Shown here in pieces: positions 17,773 through 27,453 of a DNA stretch of 64,000 bases. This DNA comes from Candidatus Omnitrophota bacterium (lineage in GTDB: Bacteria; Omnitrophota; Gorgyraeia; Gygaellales; JAQTUX01): NCBI GenBank assembly GCA_028707125.1, contig JAQTUX010000001.1:544662-608661 (forward strand), given 5' to 3'. The stretch's first letter is position 1; every line of letters begins with the position of its first letter. Under the pieces are notes generated by a model. The model made no database searches and was not told where the DNA came from. It was given only the letters and a program-made list of their open reading frames with translations. The position numbers were made by a program, and so were the translations under genes.

Positions 17773-18732
17773 ATGTGGTATTTTAAATTAAGGATGTATC
17801 TTTTACTTATAGCGTTGTTCGGGATCCTGTATATGTTCGCCACTATGATCGGCGTAGGTATGGGCATCAGCAACTTTTATTTCTACCTGGCGCTTTCCAT
17901 CGGCTTTATGTTCCTGCAGTATATGATCGGGCCGAAGATCGTGGAGTGGTCAATGCGCGTTAAGTATGTTGAGAGAAGCGAGTATCCGCGGCTGCATCAG
18001 ATGGTGGAAGGCCTGGCGCAAAGGGCGGGTATCCCCAAGCCAAAGATCGGCGTTGCCCGGATACCCATACCCAACGCCTTTGCCTTCGGCAGGGGCAGAG
18101 GCGACGGAAGGGTCTGCGTGACAGAGGGTATTATGAACCTGCTTGATGAAAATGAGTTGAGGGCGGTGATGGGCCACGAATTAAGCCATCTTAAGAACCG
18201 CGACGTCCTCACCATAACCCTGCTTTCGGTGATCCCCATGATCCTTTACCGCGTTGCCTGGCATTTTATGTTCTTTGGGGGAGGCGGCAGGAGGGACAGG
18301 GGCGGGGCGAACACGGCGTTGATAGGAATGGCCGCGTTTTTCTTCTATTTCCTGACCAACCTTCTGGTCTTGTATGCCTCGCGCATCAGGGAGTATTTTG
18401 CCGACAGGGGCTCGGTATCTTTGGGCAACAGCCCTCATTCGCTCGCGTCGGCGCTTTACAAACTGGTATACGGCTCAGCCAGGATGAACAGGGAGGCGTT
18501 GAGGAGCGCGGAGGGGCTGAAGGCATTCTTCGTTAATGACCCCTCGCGGGCGATGAGGGAGATCAGGGAATTAAGCCAGCTGGATCTGGATAAAAGCGGC
18601 ACTATCGACAGCCGCGAATTGGAGTCATTGCGCGTAAGGCAGGTAAGATTAGGTTTCGGCGATAAATTGATGGAGGCCTTAAGCACCCATCCCAATATGC
18701 TTAAGAGGATACAGCAGCTGTCAACATATTAG
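17773..18732 (+). CDS. htpX: HtpX-type M48 zinc metalloprotease
   Basis: HELSH (HExxH) zinc motif, TM helices, M48 layout. Confidence 0.8.
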   Translation: MWYFKLRMYLLLIALFGILYMFATMIGVGMGISNFYFYLALSIGFMFLQYMIGPKIVEWSMRVKYVERSEYPRLHQMVEGLAQRAGIPKPKIGVARIPIPNAFAFGRGRGDGRVCVTEGIMNLLDENELRAVMGHELSHLKNRDVLTITLLSVIPMILYRVAWHFMFFGGGGRRDRGGANTALIGMAAFFFYFLTNLLVLYASRIREYFADRGSVSLGNSPHSLASALYKLVYGSARMNREALRSAEGLKAFFVNDPSRAMREIRELSQLDLDKSGTIDSRELESLRVRQVRLGFGDKLMEALSTHPNMLKRIQQLSTY

Positions 18733-18755
18733 ATATTACAGCGCCTACATCGCCC

Positions 18756-18784
18756 TTGATTGAGCGGAAATCTTGTGATATATT
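18756..18784 (+). promoter_or_regulatory. candidate sigma70-type promoter for trxA (TTGATT -17- TATATT, with TG extension)
   Basis: -35/-10 hexamers with 17-bp spacer about 40 nt upstream of trxA ATG. Confidence 0.4.
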
Positions 18785-18822
18785 AAATACCTTCTTAATC
18801 ATCAACAACGGAGGCAGCCGAT

Positions 18823-19146
18823 ATGGCGTTAGTACATTTAAATGACGGCAATTTTAATGACACAGTCCTTAATTCAGAAGTGCCTTTTCTGGTGGATTTC
18901 TGGGCGGAGTGGTGCGGCCCCTGTAAGATGATCTCTCCTGTCATAGATGAAGTGGCAAAGGAGTACAAGGGCAAGCTTAAGGTAGGCAAGGTCAACGTAG
19001 ACGAGGCCTCCAATACCGCGTCATCTTACGGCGTTATGTCCATACCCACGCTTATATTTTTTAAGGGCGGCAAGGCGCTGACTCAGATCGTAGGGGCGGT
19101 AGGCAAGCAGCAGCTGGAAAAGAAGATCAAAGAGATAATCGTGTGA
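18823..19146 (+). CDS. trxA: thioredoxin
   Basis: WCGPC active site, 107 aa. Confidence 0.92.
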   Translation: MALVHLNDGNFNDTVLNSEVPFLVDFWAEWCGPCKMISPVIDEVAKEYKGKLKVGKVNVDEASNTASSYGVMSIPTLIFFKGGKALTQIVGAVGKQQLEKKIKEIIV

Positions 19147-20213
19147 AGAAGGTCTTCATATCAGCCACAAAGCAGAACGACGGCAAGACCACCGTTTCTC
19201 TCGGGTTGATCGCCAATCTTCAGAAACGCTTCAAGAACGTGGGGTTTATAAAACCTATCGGGCAGAGATACCTCGAGGAAGACGGGGCGCAGATAGATGA
19301 GGACTCCATACTCATAGAGGAGGTCTGCGGCATAAAGGGCGTCTTGAAGGATATGAGCCCGGTTGCCGTTGAGCGCGGGTTCACCGAAAGATATATCGCC
19401 TCGCCTGATCGTCAGGCCATCAGCCGCCGCGTAAAAGAGGCGTTCAAGCGGATAGCAAAAGGCAAGAACCTCGTGGTGATCGAGGGCACCGGACACGCGG
19501 GCGTCGGCTCTGTCTTTGACCACTCTAATTCCGCGGTAGCCAAACTCCTCGGTTCAAAGGTTATCATAATTTCTTCAGGCGGGGTAGGCAGGCCCATTGA
19601 TGAGATCCTGCTTAACAAGGCCCTGTTTGAAAGGGACCGCGTAAAGGTCATAGGCGTCATAATCAATAAGATCCTGCCCCAGAAATTCCACAGGATAAGC
19701 AAGACCGTCAGGCAGGGCCTTAGCAGGAAGGGCATAGACGTTTTAGGGATAGTGCCGTATGATCCGATGTTGTCGGAGCCGACAATGTCCCAGATACTGG
19801 AGGAGACGGGGTTCAAACTTTTTTCCGGAGGGGATAATCTGGGCAATCATATTTCCAACATACTCGTCGGGGCAATGGAGCCGGCTGAGGCAGTGGAGTA
19901 CGTAAAAGATAAAAGCCTGATAATCACTCCCGGAGACCGCGAAGACCTGATCTCCGCGGTGCTCAAGTCAAAGGCGGGCGGGGTATCCGGCATAGTGCTT
20001 ACGGGTGAGAAGTCCGTATCTTCAAATATGGCTGATGTCCTGAAGCAGAGCGGGATACCGGTGCTGCTGGCCCCTCAGGATACGTATTCGGTCGTATCCA
20101 CGATACATGATCTGACAGTAAAGATAAGGCCGCAGGATACGAACAAGATAAACAGGGCGATAGAGGTCATTAAGCAATACGTGGATTTCGAAAAGATATT
20201 GGAAAGGATGTAG
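19143..20213 (+). CDS. phosphotransacetylase N-terminal (BioD-like + DRTG) domain protein, encoded separately from the catalytic domain
   Basis: Resembles the approximately 350-aa N-terminal regulatory region of long-form Pta; GTG start overlapping trxA stop; directly precedes pta catalytic domain gene. Confidence 0.6.
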   Translation: MKKVFISATKQNDGKTTVSLGLIANLQKRFKNVGFIKPIGQRYLEEDGAQIDEDSILIEEVCGIKGVLKDMSPVAVERGFTERYIASPDRQAISRRVKEAFKRIAKGKNLVVIEGTGHAGVGSVFDHSNSAVAKLLGSKVIIISSGGVGRPIDEILLNKALFERDRVKVIGVIINKILPQKFHRISKTVRQGLSRKGIDVLGIVPYDPMLSEPTMSQILEETGFKLFSGGDNLGNHISNILVGAMEPAEAVEYVKDKSLIITPGDREDLISAVLKSKAGGVSGIVLTGEKSVSSNMADVLKQSGIPVLLAPQDTYSVVSTIHDLTVKIRPQDTNKINRAIEVIKQYVDFEKILERM

Positions 20214-20215
20214 GT

Positions 20216-21145
20216 ATGGACATAGTGGCAAATTTAAGAGATAAGGCAAAGAGGAGGATGAGGAGGATAATCCTTCCGGAGCCTGATGACCGGCGGGTCG
20301 TAGAGGCGGAGAAGATCATCCGTGAAGAGAAGATCGCCGACGTTACCCTGCTAAGCAAGGGCTTGATGGATAAAAAACTCATGGGCCGTTTTACGGAGGA
20401 ATTTTTTGAATTGAGGCAGTCCAGGGGCATTACCCTGGATGAGGCAAAACAGACGGTTTCCGACCCGCTTTATTATTGCGCGATGATGGTAAGAGACGGC
20501 ATGGCTGACGGGTTTGTCGCCGGCGCCGCTTACACCACCCCCAGCGTTGCCAGGGCCGCGATATATTGTCTGGGCCTGGATAGAAGGCTGGATACTGTAT
20601 CAAGCAGTTTTATTATGGTAGTGCCTGACTGCGCTTACGGCGATAATGGTGTTTTCGTGTTCGCCGATTGCGGTATAGTCCCCGACCCCAGCCCGCGGCA
20701 GTTGGCCAATATCGCCGTATCCACCGCTGAATTGGCCAAGAGGGTGCTTGATATAACTCCGCGGGTGGCAATGTTGAGTTATTCTACCAAGGGCTCTGCC
20801 GAAGGCAGGTTTGTGAATGAGGTAAAAGAGGCGACTGCCCTGGTCAAGGAAATAGAGCCGGGCCTGCTGGTAGAGGGAGAGCTGCAGGTTGACGCCGCCA
20901 TCATACCGGAGGTTTCTCAGATCAAATATCAGGATTCCGCGATAGGAGGCAGGGCAAACGTGCTGATATTCCCGGATCTGGAGTCCGGTAACATTGCCTA
21001 TAAGCTGGTCCAGCGCCTCGCCAAGGCGCGGGCAATAGGCCCTCTGTTACAGGGCTTGAATAAGCCCGCGAGCGACCTCTCGCGCGGCTGCGAAGTAGAT
21101 GATATAGTTGACTGCGTGGCAGTGACGTCGTTGAGGGCAAAGTAG
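20216..21145 (+). CDS. pta: phosphate acetyltransferase (catalytic PTA_PTB domain)
   Basis: Pta catalytic-domain motifs (…RIILPEPDDRRV…, …SRGCEVDDIVD…). Confidence 0.85.
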   Translation: MDIVANLRDKAKRRMRRIILPEPDDRRVVEAEKIIREEKIADVTLLSKGLMDKKLMGRFTEEFFELRQSRGITLDEAKQTVSDPLYYCAMMVRDGMADGFVAGAAYTTPSVARAAIYCLGLDRRLDTVSSSFIMVVPDCAYGDNGVFVFADCGIVPDPSPRQLANIAVSTAELAKRVLDITPRVAMLSYSTKGSAEGRFVNEVKEATALVKEIEPGLLVEGELQVDAAIIPEVSQIKYQDSAIGGRANVLIFPDLESGNIAYKLVQRLAKARAIGPLLQGLNKPASDLSRGCEVDDIVDCVAVTSLRAK

Positions 21146-21152
21146 AGAGTAG

Positions 21153-22229
21153 ATGAAGATACTCGTAATCAATTCAGGCAGCTCATCCATAAAATACCGG
21201 CTTTATAATATGCCGAGTGAGGAGATCGTACTCAGAGGCATGATTGAACGCATAGGGGAGCGTAATTCAAAGGTAAAGAACCACCATCAGGGCCTGGAAT
21301 TGATCCTTTCTAAAGTCGGCGAGGTAGATGCCGTGGGCCACAGGGTCGTGCACGGCGGAGAGTTTTTTAAAAGGCCGTCTTTGATAAATAGCCGCGTCGT
21401 CAGGGTGATAAAATTATGCTGTAAGCTCGCGCCTCTGCACAATCCCGCTAATCTTGAGGGCATCAATGCCTGCAGGCAGCTGCTGCCCGGGATTAAACAA
21501 GCGGCGGTGTTTGACACGGCGTTTCACCAGAGTATTCCCGGCTACGCGTTTATATACGCGCTTCCGTTCAGCTACTATAAAAAGCTTGGTATCCGCAGGT
21601 ATGGCTTTCACGGCACAAGCCACCAGTACGTGACGAATGAGGCGGCAAAAATACTCAGGAAACCCTTAAACAGGGTGAACATTATCAGCTGCCATCTTGG
21701 CAACGGCTGCAGCATTACCGCGGTAAAGTCCGGCAAGTCCGTGGATACGAGCATGGGGTTCACGCCTTTGGAAGGGCTGGTCATGGGCACGCGCTGCGGC
21801 GACATTGACCCGGCGCTGGTAACCTTCATAATGCGCAGGAAAAAAATGGGCCGCGAGGAGATGGAGCGGGTGCTCAATAAAGAGAGCGGGCTCAAAGGGC
21901 TTTCCGGCATAGGCAATGATATGCGCAGAATAGAGGAGGCGGCGCGCCGCGGCAGTAAGCAAGCGGCCTTAGCGCTGGATGTCTTTATATATCGCATAAG
22001 AAAGTATATAGGCGCGTATCTGGCCGCGATAGGAAATACGGACGCGGTAGTGTTTACCGCCGGCATAGGCGAGAATCAGGGTTATATCAGAGCAAGGATC
22101 TGCCGGAATCTTTTTGATAATCTTAAAAACAGGCCGCGGGTGCTGGTTATCCCCACGGATGAAGAATTAATGATCGCCAGAGAGACATACAAGATCATAG
22201 GAAGTCGCCAGGGAGGTATGGAGAGATGA
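21153..22229 (+). CDS. ackA: acetate kinase
   Basis: [16 protein letters not shown]-terminus and ASKHGT-family motifs. Confidence 0.9.
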   Translation: MKILVINSGSSSIKYRLYNMPSEEIVLRGMIERIGERNSKVKNHHQGLELILSKVGEVDAVGHRVVHGGEFFKRPSLINSRVVRVIKLCCKLAPLHNPANLEGINACRQLLPGIKQAAVFDTAFHQSIPGYAFIYALPFSYYKKLGIRRYGFHGTSHQYVTNEAAKILRKPLNRVNIISCHLGNGCSITAVKSGKSVDTSMGFTPLEGLVMGTRCGDIDPALVTFIMRRKKMGREEMERVLNKESGLKGLSGIGNDMRRIEEAARRGSKQAALALDVFIYRIRKYIGAYLAAIGNTDAVVFTAGIGENQGYIRARICRNLFDNLKNRPRVLVIPTDEELMIARETYKIIGSRQGGMER

Positions 22230-22576
22230 TGAGGACGATGTTGAAGTCAAAGATAAGCCGCGCGCGCATTACGGACGCCAATCTTTATTATGAGGGCTCC
22301 ATAACCATAGACGAGGCGTTGATGGATGCCGCCGACCTTATAGAAGGGGAGAAGGTCGAGGTTTTTAACTTGAATAACGGGGCGCGGTTTGAAACCTACG
22401 TTATAAAGGGCAAGAAGAACAGCGGCCAGATCTGTTTGAACGGCCCGGCGGCAAGGTCAGGCCACGTTAAAGATGATATCATAATCCTTGCCTACGCTTT
22501 AGTGGATGATACAAAGGCGGCCGCGGTAAAGCCGAAAAAGGTCTCAGTTGATGAAAGAAACAGAATTAAAGATTAG
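22226..22576 (+). CDS. panD: aspartate 1-decarboxylase
   Basis: [12 protein letters not shown]… PanD N-terminus, pyruvoyl-forming G-S region. Confidence 0.85.
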   Translation: MMRTMLKSKISRARITDANLYYEGSITIDEALMDAADLIEGEKVEVFNLNNGARFETYVIKGKKNSGQICLNGPAARSGHVKDDIIILAYALVDDTKAAAVKPKKVSVDERNRIKD

Positions 22577-23075
22577 GGTCATCGGGGAGCATATACTGCG
22601 CAAAAAGGCGGGTTTGGTAAAAAAAGGCGAGATCAATGATGAGATGCGCCTGACCTTAAGCAGGATGGCGCGGCTTATGTATAAGACCAAAGGCGTGGGC
22701 CTGGCAGCCCAGCAGGCGGGCATTGACAAAAGCATCACCGTTATAGACGCGGGCACAGGCATATACAAACTTATCAACCCGAAGATCGTTTCAAGGTCCG
22801 GCTCTGAAAGCATGGAAGAGGGGTGCCTGAGCATTCCCGGGGTCTTTGTGAAGGTGAAGAGGGCCGGGTCTGTCGTGGTGGAGGCGCTTGATGAATACGG
22901 CCAGCCGCTTGAGATCAAAGCGCGGGGGCTTCTGGCGCGCGCGCTTCAACATGAGATAGACCACTTAAACGGCAAATTGATAATAGACCACCTGGATCTG
23001 TTTAATAGAATGCGGCTGAAAGGCAAAATAAAAGAACTGGCAAAATATGGGAAACTGTCCGAATCAGAAGATTAA
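22548..23075 (+). CDS. def: peptide deformylase
   Basis: [20 protein letters not shown] motifs. Confidence 0.88.
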   Translation: MMKETELKIRVIGEHILRKKAGLVKKGEINDEMRLTLSRMARLMYKTKGVGLAAQQAGIDKSITVIDAGTGIYKLINPKIVSRSGSESMEEGCLSIPGVFVKVKRAGSVVVEALDEYGQPLEIKARGLLARALQHEIDHLNGKLIIDHLDLFNRMRLKGKIKELAKYGKLSESED

Positions 23076-23076
23076 T

Positions 23077-23247
23077 ATGGCAATGTGCAACTGCAGCTAT
23101 GAGCCCTGTTCCAGAAAGGGCGTATGCTGCGAGTGCCTGCACTACCACCGCAAAAACGGCCAGCTGCCGGCCTGTTTTTTTTCCTCAGATGTAGAGAAGA
23201 CGTATGACCGTTCAATTGAGAGGTTCATCAAGGCGCGGTCTGCCTGA
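23077..23247 (+). CDS. small Cys-rich protein (56 aa), conserved-looking C-x-C…C-x5-C-C-x-C…C motif
   Basis: [35 protein letters not shown]…; ATG one nt after def stop; track lists a 30-nt longer N-extension. Confidence 0.45.
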   Translation: MAMCNCSYEPCSRKGVCCECLHYHRKNGQLPACFFSSDVEKTYDRSIERFIKARSA

Positions 23248-24097
23248 GTGGTTCAGGCAGCGTATCCCCGGTGAGGCGGCAGGCGCGCTCAGCGGTTACC
23301 TTAAGCGAAAACAGATAAACACGGTTTGCGGGAGCGCGCGTTGCCCCAATATTTCCGAGTGTTACAGCCGCGGCAACGCCGCGTTCATGATATTGGGGGA
23401 TAAGTGCGGCCGCTCCTGTTCGTTCTGCGCCGTAGAGAAGGCCCAGGGGCCTTTTAGCGTAGACGCGGATGAGCCGCGCAGGGTTGCCGAGGCGGCCAGA
23501 GAGTTGGGGCTGCGATACGTTGTTATTACTTCGCCCGCGCGCGATGACCTTCCGGACGGCGGCGCGGGGCATTTTGCCGGAACGATAAAAGAGATAAAGC
23601 GGATCAATCCGGGCGTGAAAGTAGAGGCATTGATCCCCGACTTTAAGGGAGACGCCCGTTCGTTAAAGACAGTCCTTGATGCCTCGCCGGCCTGCCTCGC
23701 GCACAACATAGAGACAGTGCCGAGATTATACGGCGCGCTGAGGCCGGGCGCGGATTATTCCGTTTCGCTGAAGATACTTTCGGAAACAAAGAGGGTAACG
23801 CCGGATATGATGACCAAGTCTTCTCTTATGTTGGGCCTGTCGGAACGCGGCGAAGAAGTTACGCGGGTATTCGAGGACTTAAGGCGCGTTGAATGCGATA
23901 TTCTCACGCTGGGGCAGTATCTGGCGCCTTCAGATAATAATTTTCCAATACACAGGTTCGTTACGCCGGATGAGTTCAAAGAGTATGAAGAGATCGGCCT
24001 GCGCCTTGGTTTCAAGGCGGTATTCTCCGGGCCCAGGGTGCGCAGTTCCTATCTGGCTGAGCAAACGCACAGTTCAGCCGAGGCGTTAAGAATATGA
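23204..24097 (+). CDS. lipA: lipoyl synthase
   Basis: CPNISEC auxiliary cluster and CGRSCSFC radical SAM motif. Confidence 0.88.
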   Translation: MTVQLRGSSRRGLPEWFRQRIPGEAAGALSGYLKRKQINTVCGSARCPNISECYSRGNAAFMILGDKCGRSCSFCAVEKAQGPFSVDADEPRRVAEAARELGLRYVVITSPARDDLPDGGAGHFAGTIKEIKRINPGVKVEALIPDFKGDARSLKTVLDASPACLAHNIETVPRLYGALRPGADYSVSLKILSETKRVTPDMMTKSSLMLGLSERGEEVTRVFEDLRRVECDILTLGQYLAPSDNNFPIHRFVTPDEFKEYEEIGLRLGFKAVFSGPRVRSSYLAEQTHSSAEALRI

Positions 24098-25065
24098 CTA
24101 TAGTCCTGATATTGATCGCGGTTATAATTTTAGTTATTCTGGGGGCGGCGGTTTTCAAAATAAACTCCTCTCTGAATTCCCAGATGTTTAATATTTCGCG
24201 CGAGGTCAGCGAGAAGTTAGGGCAGTTAGGGGAGGCGTTGAACAATACACATAAGATCGTGGGCGACCGTTTAGACGGCAGCGCCCAGATCATAAGCAAG
24301 GTACATTCCGCGTTAGGCGAGATAAAGGAGTCATACAGGCAGATCAATGAGAAGATGAAAGAGTTTTCTTCGTTTCAGGATATGCTCAAACCCCCGAAGA
24401 TAAGGGGCGGCGTAGGCGAGACCATGCTTGAGAGCATCATCAGCCAGGTATTCGCGGACAAAAGAGAATTTTACGATTTCCAATATCAGTTTAAGAGCGG
24501 AGAGAAGGTGGACGCGGTCATAAAACTGGGCGGCAATGTTGTCAGCATTGACGCGAAGTTCCCCCTGGAGAGCTACAGAAGGATGAAGGACGCGCAGAAC
24601 GAAGAGGAGAGGCGGCAATACAAGAGAGAGTTCGCCTCTTCCGTTAAATTCAAAATAGACGATATCGCCAAAAAATACATACTGCCGGACGAAGGGACGT
24701 TTGATTTCGCGCTTATGTATATACCGGCAGAGGGCATATATTATGAGATCATTCAGGATAATCAGGTCTGGTCTTATTCGTTGGACAAGAAGGTCATCCC
24801 CGTATCGCCCAACACCTTTTATCCCTATCTTATGGTTATCTGGAGAGGGCTCAGGGGGATGGCCCTGGAAAAAAATATTGAAGGCGTATTGGTGAATCTG
24901 AAGAGGACAGAGGTTGAATTCCTGAAGTTTAAAGATGAGTTCAGGGTCCTGGGCAGCCACCTGAAGAACGCGCGGGAAAAGTTTGACGACGTTGATAAGC
25001 GGCTTGAGCGGTTTTCCGATAAGCTGTCCGTTGTCTCGAATATCCCGCTGGAAGACAAGAGATAA
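24094..25065 (+). CDS. rmuC: DNA recombination protein RmuC
   Basis: N-terminal TM, coiled coil, RmuC C-terminal nuclease-like domain pattern. Confidence 0.75.
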   Translation: MTIVLILIAVIILVILGAAVFKINSSLNSQMFNISREVSEKLGQLGEALNNTHKIVGDRLDGSAQIISKVHSALGEIKESYRQINEKMKEFSSFQDMLKPPKIRGGVGETMLESIISQVFADKREFYDFQYQFKSGEKVDAVIKLGGNVVSIDAKFPLESYRRMKDAQNEEERRQYKREFASSVKFKIDDIAKKYILPDEGTFDFALMYIPAEGIYYEIIQDNQVWSYSLDKKVIPVSPNTFYPYLMVIWRGLRGMALEKNIEGVLVNLKRTEVEFLKFKDEFRVLGSHLKNAREKFDDVDKRLERFSDKLSVVSNIPLEDKR

Positions 25066-25070
25066 ATGGA

Positions 25071-25120
25071 CCCCATACTTACGTATGGGGAATAGGAATG
25101 CCCCACACGTAAGTGTGGGG
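25071..25120 (+). repeat. two tandem near-identical hairpins (ccccatac-TTAC-gtatgggg and ccccacac-GTAA-gtgtgggg)
   Basis: Each is a perfect 8-bp stem with 4-nt loop, 10 nt apart, no U-tract; sits between rmuC stop and next start. Confidence 0.6.
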
Positions 25121-25354
25121 ATGCAGAAAGAGAATTTGTTGCGGATCAATATTAGAGTAATACCCGGCGCAAGCAGAGATAAGATCGTCAAGGAAAACGG
25201 ACGATTAAAGGTTTACGTATGCGCTCCAGCCGAATCCGGCAGGGCGAATAAGGCGGTGATCGATCTGCTCGCGGATCATTTTGACAAAAGAAAAAGCGGT
25301 ATTGAGATAGTGAAGGGCGGGCATTCAAGGGATAAGGTCGTTCAGATCGATTAG
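25121..25354 (+). CDS. DUF167/YggU family protein
   Basis: …LLRINIRVIPGASRDKIV…LKVYVCAPAESGRANKAVIDLLA… matches UPF0235 pattern; ATG directly after second hairpin. Confidence 0.6.
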   Translation: MQKENLLRINIRVIPGASRDKIVKENGRLKVYVCAPAESGRANKAVIDLLADHFDKRKSGIEIVKGGHSRDKVVQID

Positions 25355-25357
25355 GGC

Positions 25358-25852
25358 ATGGAGGGAGACATGAATAAGGTATTGGTCATTTACTATTCCA
25401 AAAGCGGAAACACAAAGAAGCTGGCCGAGATCTTTACGGAAGGCCTGAAGAACGAAGGAGTGGGCTTTGACCTGAAGGACGTAGGGTCCGTAAAGGCCGA
25501 CGACCTGCTCAAATACGGCGGCATTGCCATCGGCTCTCCCACTTATTACGGGACCATGGCCTGGCAGATAAAGCAATTATTTGATGAGTCGGTTAAGTTC
25601 CATGGGAAGCTTGATGGTAAGGCGGGATGCGCTTTCTCCTCGAGCCATAATGTAGCCGGCGGCAACGAGACGACGATCGTGGATATGCTTTGCGCCATGC
25701 TCATACACGGTATGATAATTCAAGGAGACCCGCAGGGAGACCACTACGGAACGGCCTCTATAGGCGCGCCCGATGCCAGGGCAAGCAAGATGTGCAAGAG
25801 GCAAGGGGAGAGATTTGCTAGATTGGTAAAAACTCTAAACACTAAACTCTAA
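25358..25852 (+). CDS. flavodoxin-like FMN-binding protein
   Basis: VLVIYYSKSGNTKKLAE flavodoxin phosphate-binding loop; probable true start at the MNKVLVIYYS methionine (25370). Confidence 0.65.
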   Translation: MEGDMNKVLVIYYSKSGNTKKLAEIFTEGLKNEGVGFDLKDVGSVKADDLLKYGGIAIGSPTYYGTMAWQIKQLFDESVKFHGKLDGKAGCAFSSSHNVAGGNETTIVDMLCAMLIHGMIIQGDPQGDHYGTASIGAPDARASKMCKRQGERFARLVKTLNTKL

Positions 25853-25976
25853 ACACTAAACAAACTACAAACTCAAAACCATAAACTACAAACATCAATA
25901 ATAATTAAGTTTTGGGTTTGGAGTTTGGAACATTTGGGTTTATTTAGAGTTTAGGGTTTTGGGTTTAGTGTTTTAT
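25828..25976 (+). repeat. palindromic array of degenerate heptamer repeats: about 9x CTAAACA-like followed by about 9x TTTAGGG/GTTTGGA-like, separated by AT-rich centre
   Basis: Direct reading: left arm A/C-rich heptamers, right arm their inverse complement (contains exact TTTAGGG); could fold as one long hairpin with G-U pairs on the plus-strand transcript. Confidence 0.7.
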
Positions 25977-25995
25977 TTGCGGATGGAGAAAGAAA

Positions 25996-26307
25996 GTGAA
26001 TATTGTAGTTTTAGTGACCGCTTCCAATAAGGAAGAGGCGCAGATTATTGCGAGGAAGCTTTTAGAAGATAAGCTGGCCGCCTGCGTCAACATAATCGAA
26101 GGCGTGAATTCTTTTTTCTGGTGGGAGGGCAAAATAGACAACGCCCAGGAAGCGCTTATGGTCATAAAAAGCAGCAAGGGTAAATTCAAGCGGCTTTGCG
26201 CGGCTGTCAAGTCAGCGCATAGTTATGATACCCCTGAGATCATCGCCCTGCCGGTTGTGGCGGGCGAGAAAAAATATCTGGATTGGCTCAATGGATCCAT
26301 CAGGTAA
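25996..26307 (+). CDS. cutA: divalent-cation tolerance protein CutA
   Basis: CutA1 fold motifs; GTG start; immediately upstream of ccdA/dsbD as in E. coli. Confidence 0.8.
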   Translation: MNIVVLVTASNKEEAQIIARKLLEDKLAACVNIIEGVNSFFWWEGKIDNAQEALMVIKSSKGKFKRLCAAVKSAHSYDTPEIIALPVVAGEKKYLDWLNGSIR

Positions 26308-26983
26308 CCCCATAGGTTATATCGCCGCGTTTATAGGCGGCGCTCTGGTAAGTTTCACGCCGTGCACTTATCCGCTTATCCCCGTAATTTTAGGGGTCAT
26401 AGGCGTTGCCGGTTCTGTTTCGCGTTTAAGAAGTTTTATTTTGAGTTTAGTTTACGCGCTGGGCGTCGCCTTTGTTTATTCGCTGCTGGGAATAGCCGCG
26501 GTGCTTAGTGGAAAATTATTCGGCAGTATCAGCGCCAACCCCTGGGTATACATTTTAGTGGGAAATATCTTTGTGTTTTTCGGGTTATCTATGCTGGAGG
26601 TGTTTGACCTGCGCGTTACAGTAAGGTCCTTCGCGGCGGGCCCCGACAAAGTCGGGGCAGGCAGGCCGAGAAGAGGATTGCTCTACATATTTATCCTGGG
26701 CGCTGCTTCCGGGCTGGTGATCGGCCCCTGCACCACTCCCGCGTTAGGCGCTATTCTTACCTACGCGGCCGCGGGACAGAACCTGTTTTACGGCGCGTCA
26801 CTGTTGTTTGTTTTCGGTTTAGGCATGTGCTCATTGCTCATCGCCGCCGGTTCCTTCAGCGGCATGCTGGCATCGCTGCCGCGATCCGGAAAGTGGCTGG
26901 TATATATCAAGAAGGCCTGCGGGATAATACTGATCCTCGCGGGAGAATATTTTATCATAAAGGCGGGTATGCTATGGCTATGA
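26291..26983 (+). CDS. ccdA: cytochrome c biogenesis / thiol:disulfide transporter CcdA (DsbD beta-domain type)
   Basis: Two conserved Cys in TM1 and TM4 (…SFTPCTYPL… and …IGPCTTPAL…), 6 TM. Confidence 0.8.
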   Translation: MDPSGNPIGYIAAFIGGALVSFTPCTYPLIPVILGVIGVAGSVSRLRSFILSLVYALGVAFVYSLLGIAAVLSGKLFGSISANPWVYILVGNIFVFFGLSMLEVFDLRVTVRSFAAGPDKVGAGRPRRGLLYIFILGAASGLVIGPCTTPALGAILTYAAAGQNLFYGASLLFVFGLGMCSLLIAAGSFSGMLASLPRSGKWLVYIKKACGIILILAGEYFIIKAGMLWL

Positions 26984-27453
26984 GAAAGGTAATCTTGTTT
27001 TTGTCGTTGTTTTTATTCATCAGCGCTAATCCTGTTTTCTGTCAGGATGATAAGGCGCCGGATTTTACGCTCAATGATCTGGAAGGCAAGGCCTTTGAAT
27101 TCTCTAAATTCAGCGGCAAACAGGCGGCGCTGCTTTTTTTCTGGACGACCTGGTGCCCTCACTGCAGGTCCGCGATCTCCCGGATAAGCCGGGAGCATGA
27201 GGCGCTTGCCAAAGACGGCGTGGCCCTTTTGGCGGTAAATATTGAAGAGCCGAAGGAGCGCGTAGGTAAATTCGTAGATGACTTAAAGGCCGGGGGCCAC
27301 AAGGTAGATTTCTCCATATTGATGGACGAACAGGGTGGCGTGGCGAGGAGTTATTCCGTGATCGGCATACCTACCTTCATCCTGGTTGACAAACAGGGGA
27401 ACATCGTATTCAAAAATCACTATTTTCCTGATGATTACAAAGATAAGATATGA
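26974..27453 (+). CDS. tlpA: periplasmic thiol-disulfide oxidoreductase (TlpA/ResA family)
   Basis: Signal peptide, WCPHC thioredoxin motif. Confidence 0.8.
   Translation: MAMRKVILFLSLFLFISANPVFCQDDKAPDFTLNDLEGKAFEFSKFSGKQAALLFFWTTWCPHCRSAISRISREHEALAKDGVALLAVNIEEPKERVGKFVDDLKAGGHKVDFSILMDEQGGVARSYSVIGIPTFILVDKQGNIVFKNHYFPDDYKDKI

Noticed and set aside
25828-25976. Heptamer TTTAGGG-like repeats as eukaryotic (plant telomere) contamination or chimeric assembly
   Set aside because: Repeat is only about 150 bp, degenerate, palindromic, and seamlessly flanked by bacterial genes on the same strand with normal spacing; still worth a read-level check
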